A DNA stretch of 64,000 bases, from NCBI GenBank assembly GCA_030704615.1, contig CM060733.1, positions 72,850,001 to 72,914,000 of the forward strand. Reading direction: 5' to 3'. Position numbers and translations under genes: made by a program. The stretch is from Takakia lepidozioides (taxonomy: Eukaryota; Plantae; Bryophyta). Shown in pieces: positions 62,487-64,000 of this stretch. Positions within the stretch are counted from its first letter, which is position 1, and every line of letters starts with the position of its first letter. The notes beneath the pieces were generated by a model. It made no database searches and was not told where the DNA came from. It saw nothing but the letters and a program-made list of their open reading frames with translations.

Positions 62487-63785
62487 CCATGGCAGCGAGC
62501 CTCTGCTCTAGCTGCTGAAGCCGGTTGGCCATGCCTTGGTCAACACCCTGACCTCCGCGTCCTTGGCCATGTTGAATTTGCCCTTGGCCTACACCCCGTG
62601 CTTGGCCACCTCGTTCTCTTTGGGCTGCTCCCCTCACCCCCGGCCACCATTGTTCCCTTGGAACTGGCCTGGGCGCAACTTGGGATGCAAACCATAACAC
62701 TGGGCCTCTCCATGCCCGTGCTTGCCACAATGCCCACGTTGCAACTGTGCAGGCTGTGCATGTGCCGGCCCTTTGCCTCCCTCTGGACAATTCTTCTTGA
62801 CGTGGGGTCCTCCACATGTCCAACACACCATATCCGCCCGTTGTTGGCCTGCAAATGAAGGGAGAGACCCCTACATCTGAGGTCATCTCTGCCCTTCCCT
62901 GAGCTTCACCTGAGCCCCCTTGTTGCCTTGAGCTTGTTGAGGTAGTGGTTGGCTAGGAGCACCACTACCCCATGGTGTCTCCTTAGCAAATCCTACCATG
63001 ACCACTCGTTCCTCCACCATGTTGAGCTCTATCTGCTCTGCCAGCAAAAATACATTTGCTAAGGTGGGCTGGGCCGCTTGTAGGAGAGTTGCATCCCGCA
63101 CCCTTCTCCTCAGCTCCTTGTTCAATATCCCATACCAGAATTGGACTGCTTGAGCTTCTGTAACCCATTGGGTTACATTTATCAAGCGCCTCATGCGAGT
63201 GAAAGCCTCCCTCAAGCTCTCAGTAGGCTTCCGTTGGAACTCTTGCAAGCTCCGCAACTTCTCTGTCCTCACCCCTTGGTAGTTCCTTCTCAACTCTTCG
63301 AAGAACTCCACAACAGGGTTGAAGGCAGACACGGGTACTGGTGCTGGTGTGGTAGTGGCTTGGGTGGACGTCGTAGCTACGGTACCACCAGTCCCACTAG
63401 TCCCACTGTTGCTTGCTGAAGCTGCCGGTGCAACGGAAGGTGTTGCCACTGCCCTCGTGACTCTAGTGCCCCTAGTGATGAAGTCATAGTCGGGTGACCA
63501 GTACATCTTCCACTCCTCGATCTCAACCTCATGCCCCCGCCTGAACTCATGGCAATCATCCATAGGCAGCCCCTCAAGGTGCTGAAACAGCCCCTTCCAT
63601 GTCATGAAAGGCGTAAATAGTTGTGGATTGCGCATTTGCTGCAAATCACACCAACTATCAAACTCTTGGATAAAATCATCCAACTCGATGGTGTCCACCG
63701 CCCCAGAGTACCTTCGTGGCCCATTGGTAGCTCCATACATCTCTTCCATTGTGTCCCACAACAATGACAAGGAAACAACTTGCAC
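62487..63785 (-). pseudogene. gag: gag of a different LTR retrotransposon
   Basis: RYSG...LDDFIQEFDSW, FQRKPTESLRE..RM, FWYGIL..LRRRV; knuckles CWTCGGPHVKKNC and CGKHGHGEAQC. Confidence 0.8.
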
Positions 63786-64000
63786 CGCCGGTATGAGTCA
63801 TCCTGATTCACAATCCGAATCAGAACCTTCCGTAGAAGACACAGGAGGTGAAGGTGGCCTAAACCGCACACCTCGTCTCGTGTACCCACTAGTATCGCTA
63901 GTGCTCGAACCGACACTATCCCCAGCAATTAATGGCACCTCCGTATTGACACTTTACCGGTCATGAACATGTCACTAACCTCCTCTCCATAAGGTAACCG

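Overview
Eukaryotic, repeat-saturated plant DNA, probably from a non-seed land plant (inferred from the PLS-DYW PPR style and TE types; species not determinable here). The backbone is a decayed, scrambled PLS-E-DYW PPR (RNA-editing factor) locus at about 14.7-56.5 kb. It is split by nested insertions: a 16.2-kb CACTA (TSD GAT), an 11.2-kb Mutator-like element inside it, a kinase/hairpin-carrying element and a hAT remnant that share palindromic arrays, a young chromovirus with both LTRs (TSD ATGCG), a MITE and a SINE. Truncated Ty3/gypsy elements and a second MULE transposase flank it. Top candidate for a new system: the nested MULE carries, head-to-head with its GCM-like/DDE/SWIM transposase, a spliced gene for a ParB/Srx-like domain fused to a beta-class N6A/N4C-type DNA methyltransferase. 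Two introns of that gene hold 11 copies of a 20-22-bp parS-like palindrome. Second candidate: four or more unrelated long fold-back hairpins packed directly downstream of a TE-borne protein kinase. Many frameshifts are single-base slips even in a very young element, so some pseudogenes may be assembly artefacts. All domain calls are motif recognition by eye, not database searches.
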